Shown in pieces: positions 1-9,355 of a stretch of 64,000 bases of DNA. The DNA is from an uncultured Gemmatimonadales bacterium (GTDB lineage Bacteria > Gemmatimonadota > Gemmatimonadetes > Gemmatimonadales > Gemmatimonadaceae): contig CAVPQB010000004.1 in NCBI GenBank assembly GCA_963707505.1, positions 384,001 through 448,000 on the forward strand, in the 5' to 3' direction. The notes under the pieces are model-generated. The model had not been told where the DNA came from. It did no database searches and saw nothing but the letters and a program-made list of their open reading frames with translations. A program made the translations under genes and the position numbers. How positions within the stretch are numbered: position 1 is the stretch's first letter; every line of letters starts with the position of its first letter.

Positions 1-1829
1 TGTAGCTTTCCGGCGCCCCTGACCTTCAGTGTATTCGCCATCGATGTGTCATCCAAAGTCATGTCGCTGCTGGCCGCAGATGCATCCGCTGCGCCCCGAG
101 CAGCGCTGGCCGCATTCGCCGCAAGCGGATGCTCTCCGCTCATCAGGATCTTGCGAGTATCCGGCGATGCCGCACCCTGGAGCAGGGTCGCTACGATTGC
201 GTCGACCTGCGTTGTGCGCGGCGCATTGAACAGCGAATCGATTCCTGGCAGGGTGTGCATGTTCGCGCCGGGCAATCTGTTCGCCGCAACGGCAAGGCCG
301 AAGTTGATTCGATTCAAAATCGCACCGGTATTCATCCATGCATCACCAGTTTCCGGCCACCCATTAGGATCCCGATGTCCAAATACTGGCTCGCCCAGAT
401 ACGCCACCGCTAGTGCCGTGCGCGCAGTCGAATCAGGCAGTGCTCCCAGAGCGCGCGCGGTGCTCACGACTACCTCGAATGGCGACTTCACTTTCGAATG
501 ATAAGCCCGCTCGGAGAAGAACTCCGGCGAAGTGACGATACTTCTCACGACCTCGCGTATATCACCGTCGGTCCTGAGATACGTCTGTGTCGCCTTGTCG
601 ACAAGCGCGGTGGATGGCGAGTCGCTTACGAGTCTGCGTGCGAGCTGTTGTGATATGAAGTGCGCAGTCGACGGACTGGCCGCCAGTATGTCGAGCACGT
701 CCTCGCCGTCCTGCTCGCCGCGACCTGCCTCGAGCTTGTGTCCGAGCAATACCTTCGCCCCTGCGTCGTGCCATTCCGGGCGGAAGATGAAGCCGCCGCC
801 CTGTGCCGGCGGTCGAACGCTCCAGCCAGTGAGTGCGCGCGCCGCTTCGATCACGTCCTGCTGCGTATATCCACCGTCGACGCCGAGCGTGTGCAATTCC
901 ATCAGCTCGCGTCCGTAATTCTCGTTGAGACCAGCTTTCTTCGCGGCAGCCGCGCGCTGACGAAGCTGTTGCGCCTGCTGCGGGTCGAGATTCCTGCGAC
1001 GGATTATCGCTTCGACGTCGATCGCTCCGTTCTGCACGCGCACCATGCCACCCGGCCCCGCGCGAATCGCGCGAAGCGTCGGTTGCCCAGGATTGGCTCG
1101 GCTCTGCGCATTATCGAGATAAACCAGCATCGCCGGCGAGTGTGCCACCGCACCCAGCAGGTCGCGAAATTTGCCGAGCGAATGCTCCCGTATGGTCCTG
1201 TCGTAATCCGCGAGATAGTACGGCTCGATCGCATTCTTCCCGACGAAGACGTTGAAGTGATTCTCCCAGAAATCAGTCATCACTTCGAGCAACTGCCTGT
1301 TGCTCGCGACCGCGCGAGCGACCCGCGCCGACTCGATCTCGCCGACCAGCTGAGCGCGCGACCGTCGAATCTCCTTCAAAGCGTTGGTGTCGGTGTCTTG
1401 CGGCGCGTTGCGGTCCGCCGTATCCCGCTTGACGAGTCGGAATTGCCGCTGGGCCTCTGCATATCGCCCTGCGAGCGACGCCTGATCCTGCTGCAACATG
1501 GGATACCGCGCGAGCATCTGATCCATCGCATCGTCATTGATGCGCTCTGGATGCAGCTGCTGATCGATCCATGCGTCGACACCGATCGATCGTACCGTCG
1601 CCACATCGCCCGGTCGCGGGCCGAAGGCGAGGCGGTTGAGCACCTGCATCACCTGTTGATCGGCCGTCTGCTCGCGCACGCTGGACGTCAACGCCACGGG
1701 CGCTTGCTTAGCTCCGCGAGGAACGCTCGCACCTGGTCGCTGTGCCAACGCAAGCGACGGAGCGACCGCGGCTATCGCGATCAGGCGCCGTGCCGCCGAT
1801 GATCGCCAGAGAGATGGGATAATGGTCAC
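1..1829 (-). CDS. DUF1800 family protein (exported; 3' end runs off the window)
   Basis: Manual translation from GTG at 1829 (AAAGGGA upstream): signal-like N-terminus, then VLNRLAFGPRPGD, MTDFWENHFNVF, LNENYGRELMELHTLGVDGGY, KVKSPFE. The frame stays open to the left edge, so it is absent from the ORF track. Confidence 0.85.
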   Translation of the reverse strand, partial: MTIIPSLWRSSAARRLIAIAAVAPSLALAQRPGASVPRGAKQAPVALTSSVREQTADQQVMQVLNRLAFGPRPGDVATVRSIGVDAWIDQQLHPERINDDAMDQMLARYPMLQQDQASLAGRYAEAQRQFRLVKRDTADRNAPQDTDTNALKEIRRSRAQLVGEIESARVARAVASNRQLLEVMTDFWENHFNVFVGKNAIEPYYLADYDRTIREHSLGKFRDLLGAVAHSPAMLVYLDNAQSRANPGQPTLRAIRAGPGGMVRVQNGAIDVEAIIRRRNLDPQQAQQLRQRAAAAKKAGLNENYGRELMELHTLGVDGGYTQQDVIEAARALTGWSVRPPAQGGGFIFRPEWHDAGAKVLLGHKLEAGRGEQDGEDVLDILAASPSTAHFISQQLARRLVSDSPSTALVDKATQTYLRTDGDIREVVRSIVTSPEFFSERAYHSKVKSPFEVVVSTARALGALPDSTARTALAVAYLGEPVFGHRDPNGWPETGDAWMNTGAILNRINFGLAVAANRLPGANMHTLPGIDSLFNAPRTTQVDAIVATLLQGAASPDTRKILMSGEHPLAANAASAARGAADASAASSDMTLDDTSMANTLKVRGAGKL

Positions 1830-1834
1830 ATCCC

Positions 1835-1862
1835 TTTGACGCCCGACCACGCGCGCCGTTAA
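1835..1862 (-). promoter_or_regulatory. Putative ECF-sigma promoter (TTAACG-N15-CGTCAAA) of the first DUF1800 gene
   Basis: AAC...CGTC arrangement typical of ECF promoters; the same motif occurs upstream of the second DUF1800 gene. Confidence 0.5.
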
Positions 1863-1893
1863 ATCGCGCTATGTGCGAATACGCACGCTAACC

Positions 1894-1948
1894 CGTCACT
1901 CGGGCGAAAGCCGGCAGGTCGTCATTCCCGTTTTCGCGGGAATGACGA
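1894..1948. repeat. REP-like palindromic element (CGTCATTCCCG...CGGGAATGACG family)
   Basis: Inverted repeat 1920-1947 plus a degenerate copy at 1894; same family as 56918-57031. Confidence 0.65.
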
Positions 1949-1973
1949 GTTCCTATCCGCTTCGACGGACGCT

Positions 1974-3371
1974 CTAGATGTGAATCGAGCGCCCCGACAC
2001 CCCTAGCGCAGCTTCCTTCACTGACTCCGACAGCGTCGGATGCGGATGCACCGTGATACCAATGTCGTCACTCGTTCCGCGGAATTCCATCGCAAGCACC
2101 ACTTCCTGAAGCAGATCCGCCGCGTCCACCGAAACAATGTGGCATCCGAGTATCTCTTCAGTCTCAGCATCGGCGACGAACTTCACGAACCCCTGAGTCT
2201 CCGCCATCGTCCGCGCACGGCCATTCGCGGACATCGGGAACTTGCCCGTCTTGTACGCGCGTCCGCTCGCCTTCACCTCGTGCTCGGCGAGACCGCACGT
2301 CGCGATCTCCGGATGCGTGTACACGATAGCGGGCATGGATTTGTAGTCCATGTGCACCTTGTGTCCCGCGATGACTTCGACCGCGATCACACCTTCTTCC
2401 TCCGCTTTGTGCGCGAGCAATTTCCCGCCGACGACATCGCCGATCGCGTACACGTTCGGCAGATTGGTTCGCATCTGCGCATCGGCTGCTATCTCGCCGC
2501 GCTTGCCGAGCGCGAGACCGAGTCCAGCGGCGTCGATTCCGCTCAGGACCGGCTTGCGACCAACGGCGACGAGTACGTAATCGCCTTCCAGGGTCTCTTT
2601 CGCGCCGTCCTTTTCGATGTCGACGAACACCTTGTTGCCGTCACGCCGTCCGCCCGTGACGCGCGTCGCGGGACGAAGCTCCAGGCCCTGCTTGCGGAAG
2701 ATCCTGTCAGCTTCCTTCACGACGTCGTCGTCCATCCCGGGCAGAATCGTCGCCGCAAGCTCGACCACCGTCACCTTCGCGCCGAGCCTCCGCCACACCG
2801 ACCCCAGCTCGAGCCCGATCACGCCGCCACCGATCACGATCAGGTGCTTCGGCACTTCGGGAATCGCGAGTGCGCCGGTGTTCGACAGCACGCGCTCCTC
2901 GTCGAACTTGAAGAACGGCAGCTCGATCGGCACCGATCCAGTCGCGATGATCACGTCGCGCGCCTGATACTGCGTGACCGTTCCATCGCTTGCAGTTACA
3001 TCGACGACATTACCGGCGCGCAGCGTGCCGCGGCCCTTTGCCCACGTCACCTTGTTCTTGCGAAAGAGAAACTCGATCCCCTTGGTATTCTGCGCAACGA
3101 CATCGAGCTTGCGCTTCATCATCACACCGAGGTCCGCGCTTACACCTTCGATCTTCACACCATGTTCCGCGGCGTGAAGCTTCGCGAATTCCAGGTGCTC
3201 GGTCGATGTGAGCAGTGCCTTGGACGGAATGCATCCTACATTGACGCAAGTGCCGCCGAGCGTCTTGTCCATCTCGACGCAGACCGTGTCGAGCCCAAGT
3301 TGACCGGCACGGATCGCGGCGACGTAGCCGCCAGGGCCGCCGCCAATTATCAGAACGTCACAGTTATTCAT
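1974..3371 (-). CDS. lpdA: Dihydrolipoamide dehydrogenase (E3)
   Basis: GGGPGGY FAD motif, GGTCVNVGCIPSK redox disulfide, C-terminal HPTLSE. Confidence 0.97.
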   Translation of the reverse strand: MNNCDVLIIGGGPGGYVAAIRAGQLGLDTVCVEMDKTLGGTCVNVGCIPSKALLTSTEHLEFAKLHAAEHGVKIEGVSADLGVMMKRKLDVVAQNTKGIEFLFRKNKVTWAKGRGTLRAGNVVDVTASDGTVTQYQARDVIIATGSVPIELPFFKFDEERVLSNTGALAIPEVPKHLIVIGGGVIGLELGSVWRRLGAKVTVVELAATILPGMDDDVVKEADRIFRKQGLELRPATRVTGGRRDGNKVFVDIEKDGAKETLEGDYVLVAVGRKPVLSGIDAAGLGLALGKRGEIAADAQMRTNLPNVYAIGDVVGGKLLAHKAEEEGVIAVEVIAGHKVHMDYKSMPAIVYTHPEIATCGLAEHEVKASGRAYKTGKFPMSANGRARTMAETQGFVKFVADAETEEILGCHIVSVDAADLLQEVVLAMEFRGTSDDIGITVHPHPTLSESVKEAALGVSGRSIHI

Positions 3372-3984
3372 GATTCAGCCAGCGCGGCGCACTTCGGCGC
3401 AATGGCCGAAGGGATCACGCGCATTGAGAGAAATTTGAGAAAATCCCCGACTTCCTTATACACCAGAAGCGAGTCCAGTCTTTCCTGCGATAGAAAGTCC
3501 GGCCGCGACGCAGTTGCGCAGATGTGCGAGCAGTGGTTGATGGAACCCATCCACGTCCATCAGCGCGATCGGTCTGGAGTGAATGCCGATCTGCGCCCAC
3601 GTGAACGTCTCGAAAAACTCGTCGAGGGTCCCGATTCCGCCCGGAAGCACCGCGAACGCATCCGACAGGTCGACGATGCGCGCCTTGCGCTCGTGCATCG
3701 TATCGACGATGTGGAGCTCGCTGAGATTCTTGTGCGCCAGCTCGCGGTGCCCGAGCGATCGCGGCAGCACGCCGATCACCTCGCCGCCCGCAGCGAGTGC
3801 CGCGTCGGCGAGCACTCCCATCAACCCGCGCGACGCGCCACCGTACACGACGCCGATCCCGTTCCGCGCGAGCCCGTCGCCCAACGCTCGCGCAGCCTCC
3901 GCGAAGCTCGGCGACATCCCCGCGTTCGCACCGCAATAAACGGCTACGCGGGTCCGGGTAGCGGTGCGCGCCGCAGCGGATCAT
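3368..3984 (-). CDS. LOG family (TIGR00730-like) nucleotide phosphoribohydrolase; apparent frameshifts near both ends
   Basis: [26 protein letters not shown] and [10 protein letters not shown] motifs; ATGA overlaps with sucB and lpdA once frames are joined. Confidence 0.85.
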
Positions 3985-5251
3985 TCGATCAACATCGTGG
4001 CAGGATCTTCCATCAACTCCTTCACGCGTACCAGAAACAGCACCGCCGCCTGCCCGTCGATGATGCGATGATCGTACGATAGCGCGACGTACATCATCGG
4101 CCGGATCTCGACCTTGCCGTCTATCGCAACAGGCCGATCCTGAATCTTGTGAAGCCCGAGAATTCCGACCTGCGGATAGTTGATGATCGGAGTCGATACC
4201 AGTGAACCGAACACACCGCCATTCGTGATCGTGAAGGACCCGCCCGTGAGATCGTCCATCGTCAGCTTCACGTCGCGCGCCTTCTTCGCAACGGCTGTGA
4301 TGTCGCGCGAGATCTCGAGCAGTCCTTTCCGGTCCGCGTCCTTGATGTTTGGAACGACCAGTCCCTGCTCGGACGCTACGGCGATTCCCATGTTCACGTA
4401 ATTCTTGTAGATGATCTCGTCGCCATCCAGCTGTGCGTTGACGACGGGATAATCGCGCAGCGCGATGCAAGCTGCACGCACGAAGAACGGCATGAAAGAG
4501 AGGCGAACACCGTGCTGCTTCTCGATCGTCTCCTTCACGCGCTCGCGGAGCGCGCTGACCGCGCTCATGTCGATCTCGTTGAACGTCGTCAGGTGCGCCG
4601 TCGCGAGATGCGACTGGAGCAGGTTCTCCGCGATGCGCTTGCGTCGCGTCGACAATTTCTCGCGCGTCTCCCGCTCACCCGGCGCTGATGGAGCAGGTGC
4701 CGAGCGGAGCCGCTGGCGGTCCCGATTGTGCCGCCGGAGTTGCGGCGGTCGTCGGCTGTGCCGACGGGTTGAGCTGAGTGGTTGAGCTGCCAGCACATCC
4801 GGCTTGCTCACCACACCGCCGCGACCTGTGCCCTGAACGGAGCCGATGTCGACGCCGCGCGCCTCGGCTACCTGACGTGCTGCCGGCGATGACTTCTGCG
4901 GCGAGCCGTCGGGGCAGTCGGCGCCGGCTGCCGGCGGCGGCGCCGCTACTGCGGGTGCCGGAGCAGCCTGGGCGACGCGAAGCCGGCTTGGCAGCGGCAG
5001 GCGTGCGAAGCCGTCGCCGTCTCATCGATCTCGCCGAGCACATCGTCCACGTGGACGACGTCACCTTCCTTCACGGCCTGTTTCGTCAGGACCCCGGCGC
5101 GAAGTGCAGGCACTTCGACGGTGATCTTGTCGGTGTCGAGCTCCACGATGGTGTCGCCGGCGTTCACTGCGTCACCCTGCTGCTTGACCCAGCGCGACAC
5201 CGTCGCTTCGACGATGGATTCCCCGAGGGGCGGAACTTTCAAAGCGATCAT
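3981..5251 (-). CDS. sucB: 2-oxoglutarate dehydrogenase E2 (dihydrolipoamide succinyltransferase); frameshifted in the Ala/Pro linker
   Basis: Lipoyl domain ([13 protein letters not shown]...[11 protein letters not shown]), E3-binding segment (GTGRGG), catalytic domain [11 protein letters not shown]...YDHRIIDG. Confidence 0.92.
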
Positions 5252-5268
5252 TTCGAGTATCTTGATGT

Positions 5269-6357
5269 TTGTCCCTAAATATATCCCCTCACGGAGGCCT
5301 TGCGGACTCGCTGCGCGCACTGACAATCTCCGCGCACGGCGGTATCGAACAGCTCGAGCTGCGTGACAACCTGCCAGTTCCGGAGCCTGCACCGGGCGAA
5401 GTCCGCATTCGCGTTCTTGCGGCGGCGCTGAATCATCTCGACCTCTTCGTTCTGAAGGGCCTGCCCGGCGCCACCATCACGCCCCCCTGGATAATGGGCG
5501 CCGATGCGGTCGGTGTCGTCGACGGAACAGATGATCTCGTAGTCGTCAATCCGGGCCTCAGCGACGGAACCTGCGAGTATTGCCGCCGTGGCGAGCAGTC
5601 CCTCTGCGTTCGCTTCCGCCTGCTCGGCGAGCACGCGCCAGGTACCATCGCGGACTATATAGTGGTGCCAGAGCGGAACGTCGCACGTATTCCGCGCGAC
5701 ACCCCGATTCCCCAAGCCGCAGCCTTCACGCTCACGACGCTCACCGCGTGGCGCATGCTCGTCACACGCGCGCAGCTGCGTCCGGACGAGCAGGTCCTCA
5801 TCCAGGGGATCGGAGGTGGTGTTGCGCTTTCCGCGCTCCAGATCGCAAAGCAGATCGGTGCACGCGTCTGGGTCACGTCATCCAGCGACGAGAAGCTTGC
5901 GCGCGCACGCGAGCTCGGCGCCGACGAAACCTCAACTATAGTACGACAGATGTCGCGAAGGAGATTCGTGCGCGCACCGGAAAACGCGGCGTGGACGTCG
6001 TAGTCGATTCGGTTGGCGCAGCGACGTGGCAATCGTCGCTCGGCGCGCTCGGCAAGCTCGGCACGACTCGTGACGTGCGGTGCGACGTCAGGTCCGACGA
6101 TCACCACCGACGCGCGCAAGCTGTTCTGGAATCAGTGGACCATACTGGGATCAACGATGGGCAACGACGCCGAGTTTGCAGCGGTCACGGATGAGCTGCG
6201 CAACCGTCGTCTGCTCCCGCCGATCGATTCCGTATTCGACATTACACAGGGAAGGGAAGCATTCGCGCGCCTCCAGAGCGGCGCGCGGTTCGGCAAGATC
6301 GTCATTCGGGTTCAGAGCGATTCTGCGTCCCACGGATTTACGATCGGAACGTCGTAA
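5269..6357 (+). CDS. Zinc-binding (MDR family) alcohol dehydrogenase/quinone oxidoreductase; two apparent frameshifts (~5935, ~6060)
   Basis: AAALNHLD, CEYCRRGEQSLC, GIGGGVA, GVDVVVDSVG, GSTMG and FGKIV motifs across three frames. Confidence 0.85.
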
Positions 6358-6752
6358 CCCGAAAAATCCCGCTCATTGCGGGTTACGACCGTGAGCCGAT
6401 GGACAACAGCGGCGGCGAGGATCAGTCCGTCTGTTGCGGCAAGATTGCGCCGCGAGAGACGTGCCTGAGCGGTGAGGCTGGCCCATGCTTCCGCAGTCTC
6501 CAGAGTTACGTCGAGGGTTCTTTCTCGGAACCGCTGTATGACATCACGCGTGAGCCAGTTTCGCAGCTCAGTGCGACGGCGTCCCTCGGACAGGATGTTG
6601 ATACCATACCTGAGCTCGCCGATCGTCACCACGCATATTGCGCATTCTTCGGCATTGTTTGCGCGCGACCATGCTCTGAGGCTGGGTGGTGGTACAGCCT
6701 TCGCCAGATCGGAAAGGAAACAGGTATCGAGCAAGTACCGTAGCGCCGCCAT
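6312..6752 (-). CDS. vapC: VapC-type PIN-domain toxin
   Basis: YLLDTCFLSD, IGELRYG, DGLILAAA, VVTRNERDF PIN motifs; downstream of a Phd-type antitoxin. Confidence 0.9.
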   Translation of the reverse strand: MAALRYLLDTCFLSDLAKAVPPPSLRAWSRANNAEECAICVVTIGELRYGINILSEGRRRTELRNWLTRDVIQRFRERTLDVTLETAEAWASLTAQARLSRRNLAATDGLILAAAVVHRLTVVTRNERDFSGYDVPIVNPWDAESL

Positions 6753-6761
6753 CGGTGTCGA

Positions 6762-7034
6762 CTACCCTTCCGAGAAATTGATATCGCGCATCGGACTACG
6801 ATCACGTTCGATCTGCAGATCCGCGCCCACGAACCCAGGCGGACGAAGTGCGTCGTAGAGCGACATGAACGGCTTTCGTTCGCGCTCGTAATCGGCGGCA
6901 CTCACGATGATCACGGTGGCGACGCCGTGCTTTGTGACGGTTTGCGGTCCGACGTCGACGGCGTCGCGCACGACCTCACTGAACCGATTCTTCGCATCCT
7001 GCAGCGTCCACACGTTGGGTACCTTTTCAGCCAT
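6762..7034 (-). CDS. Phd/YefM family antitoxin
   Basis: WTLQDAKNRFSEVV...PQTVTKHG signature; GGGAGG RBS upstream. Confidence 0.9.
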   Translation of the reverse strand: MAEKVPNVWTLQDAKNRFSEVVRDAVDVGPQTVTKHGVATVIIVSAADYERERKPFMSLYDALRPPGFVGADLQIERDRSPMRDINFSEG

Positions 7035-7184
7035 GTTTCGCCTCCCGCTGGAATCTAGCTAGCCTGTCTAGCTCGATCCAGTAGGATGGGCGAAAGCTGT
7101 AGGTCGCGCCAAGATGGCGCCGTCCAGCGCAAGTGGGCGGCTCGCAGCGACCCCCGCCGCATCGATTCCGGCGGCCGGTGTCGC

Positions 7185-8891
7185 TCAGTGGGCCTCCGGG
7201 TTTGCCCCGCGACGATACACCACCTTGCCCCCGACAACCGTCATCAGCACGTGCGCGTCCCGGATCTCAGCAGGCGCGATCTTCGTGATGTCGCGGTCGA
7301 TCACCGTCAGATCCGCCAGCTTGCCCGGCTCCAGCCTCCCTCGCGTGCTGTCGGCGAACATTGCGTACGCTCCTCCGCTCGTGTACGCCCGCAGCGCGTC
7401 CTCCACACCGATCTTCTGCTCCGGAATCCAGCCGCCAGGGTTCTTTCCGTCAGCGGTCGCGCGCGTCGTCGCCGCGTAGATCCCTTCCAGCGGAGTCGGC
7501 GGAGCGACGTCCCAGTCGCTGCCGAACGCGAGCAATGCGCCGCTGTCCAGCAGCGACTTCAACGCGTACGACGTCTTCGCCCGCTCGTGGCCGATCACCT
7601 TCTCCGCCCATCGGCCGTCGTCGATGGCGTGATACGGCTGCATGCTTGCGATCACGTGCAGCGCTGCGAATCGTGCAATGTCACTCGGCGCGATGTGCTG
7701 TGCATGCTCGATGCGAAAGCGCCGGTCACGCGCACCGTTCTCCTGTGCGATTCGCTCGTAGATGTCGAGCTGTGTGCGAATCGCACGATCGCCGATCGCG
7801 TGCACGATTATCTGCAATCCCGATTTGTCCGCGCCGGACGCCCACGCGTAAAGACTGTCCGGAGGTGTCACGAGCAGACCGCTGTCCTTCGGCGCGTCGG
7901 TGTATGGCTCGAGAATCGCCGCCGTGTGCGAGCCAAGCGATCCGTCGGCGAATCCCTTCAGTCCGCCGATGTGCAGCCAGTCGTCGCCGCGGCCGCGCGC
8001 TGCGATCGTGTCTCTCAGCCGCGCCCAGCTCGAGAGCGGGACTGCCGCCGAGATGCGTGTGAGCATCGTGCCCGCCTTGTGCGCTCGCTCGAACACCGCG
8101 AGATCACCCCACGTTCCCATGTGCGCGACCGACGTCACGCCCTGCTCGGCGACATACTTCATCGCAGCCATGAGTGCGCGGTCAGCCATCTCCGGACTTG
8201 GGTCGGGGATCGCGTTGAAGATGACGTCCTGCGCGTTGTCCTTGAAAATTCCTGTAGGAGCGCGGGAAGCATCGCGCACGATCGTGCCTCCGCTCACGTC
8301 GGGAGTCGCAGTTGAAACCTTCGCGTTGCGCATCGCCAGCGCGTTCGCCAGGATCATGTGACCGTCGAGCCTCGTTACAGAAACGGGATTGTTCGGAGTT
8401 ACGGAATCGATCCATTCGTGCGTCGGTAATTCACCGCCCCAGAGCTGATGATCCCAATCGCCGCCGGTGATCCACGTTCCCGCGGGCACCGTCGCTGCAT
8501 AGTCCTTTATCCGTTTGATGAACTCCGCCGGCGTCTTCGCGTCGCGTAGTTGCACGGACGACAGTTGCCGCCCGCCATCCAGAAAGTGAACGTGGGAGTC
8601 GATGAATCCCGGTGTCACCATCTCGCCGTGCGCGTCGATCGGTTTGACATCGCCGAGCGTCTTTTTCACATCGTCGTTGGATCCGACAACTGCGATGCGA
8701 TCGCCGCGCAGCGAGATGGCTTCGGCCCACGGTTGCTTCGGGTTGCCGGTCCAGATGCGCGCATTGACGATCGCCATCGTGACTGGAGCGTCGGTAGATG
8801 ATGCACGGGAACACGACCAGAGCATGAGCGCTGCAACCAGGAAGAGTCCCGGCGCAACGCGCGGGCGGTAAGGCCGAATTCGTGGATGCAT
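7185..8891 (-). CDS. Exported amidohydrolase 3 family (YtcJ-like) protein, possible lipoprotein
   Basis: PGFIDSHVH, KGFADGSLGSHTA, HAIGDRA, RIEHAQH, FGSDW motifs; signal peptide with LWSC. Confidence 0.88.
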   Translation of the reverse strand: MHPRIRPYRPRVAPGLFLVAALMLWSCSRASSTDAPVTMAIVNARIWTGNPKQPWAEAISLRGDRIAVVGSNDDVKKTLGDVKPIDAHGEMVTPGFIDSHVHFLDGGRQLSSVQLRDAKTPAEFIKRIKDYAATVPAGTWITGGDWDHQLWGGELPTHEWIDSVTPNNPVSVTRLDGHMILANALAMRNAKVSTATPDVSGGTIVRDASRAPTGIFKDNAQDVIFNAIPDPSPEMADRALMAAMKYVAEQGVTSVAHMGTWGDLAVFERAHKAGTMLTRISAAVPLSSWARLRDTIAARGRGDDWLHIGGLKGFADGSLGSHTAAILEPYTDAPKDSGLLVTPPDSLYAWASGADKSGLQIIVHAIGDRAIRTQLDIYERIAQENGARDRRFRIEHAQHIAPSDIARFAALHVIASMQPYHAIDDGRWAEKVIGHERAKTSYALKSLLDSGALLAFGSDWDVAPPTPLEGIYAATTRATADGKNPGGWIPEQKIGVEDALRAYTSGGAYAMFADSTRGRLEPGKLADLTVIDRDITKIAPAEIRDAHVLMTVVGGKVVYRRGANPEAH

Positions 8892-9007
8892 GGTTCGGGA
8901 GTGGTGAAAGTTCCGTTTATCATACAGCTTGTGGGCTGTACTGGCGAGGCAACAATGCGCCAGACCGGCGCGCTCTGAGCTCACCGCGCCGGTATTAGAA
9001 TGAAGGC

Positions 9008-9232
9008 ATGGCCGAGTCCGCCCAGTACACCCCCATCCAGCTCGCCGAGATAAAGGACGCCTTTATCGGCGAGCAGCCGGTAATCTGCCCCGTCTGCGGC
9101 GGCCGCATGACCTCCAGATCGATAGGCGGCGGCTCTTTCGGTCTGGGCTACTCTCGCCAACGTGAATGGCTCATATGCGGCAGCTGCCATCGAAGCGCCA
9201 TCTTCGACGTCAAACGCGGCACCCGCAACTAG
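9008..9232 (+). CDS. Small zinc-ribbon protein (CPVC...CGSC)
   Basis: 74 aa with two CxxC pairs; TAGAAT -10 box 6 nt upstream of ATG; hairpin at 9237-9258 downstream. Confidence 0.7.
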   Translation: MAESAQYTPIQLAEIKDAFIGEQPVICPVCGGRMTSRSIGGGSFGLGYSRQREWLICGSCHRSAIFDVKRGTRN

Positions 9233-9355
9233 GTAAGGGCAGGCCTCCGTGCCTGCCCACGGCGCTCGGCGCCATCCCGGATCCTGCGCCCGCCAACGGT
9301 CATGACTATGGCACAAGTCTGGCACCTCCGCGCATCATCCTCCCGCACACGCTGA

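Noticed and set aside
660..8315. Long ORFs 660..1802, 2040..4082 and 7086..8315 (+), and similar ORFs elsewhere (e.g. 27531..28955, 41209..42522, 54434..55138)
   Set aside because: Antisense shadows of real genes, expected in high-GC DNA; no motifs and implausible composition.
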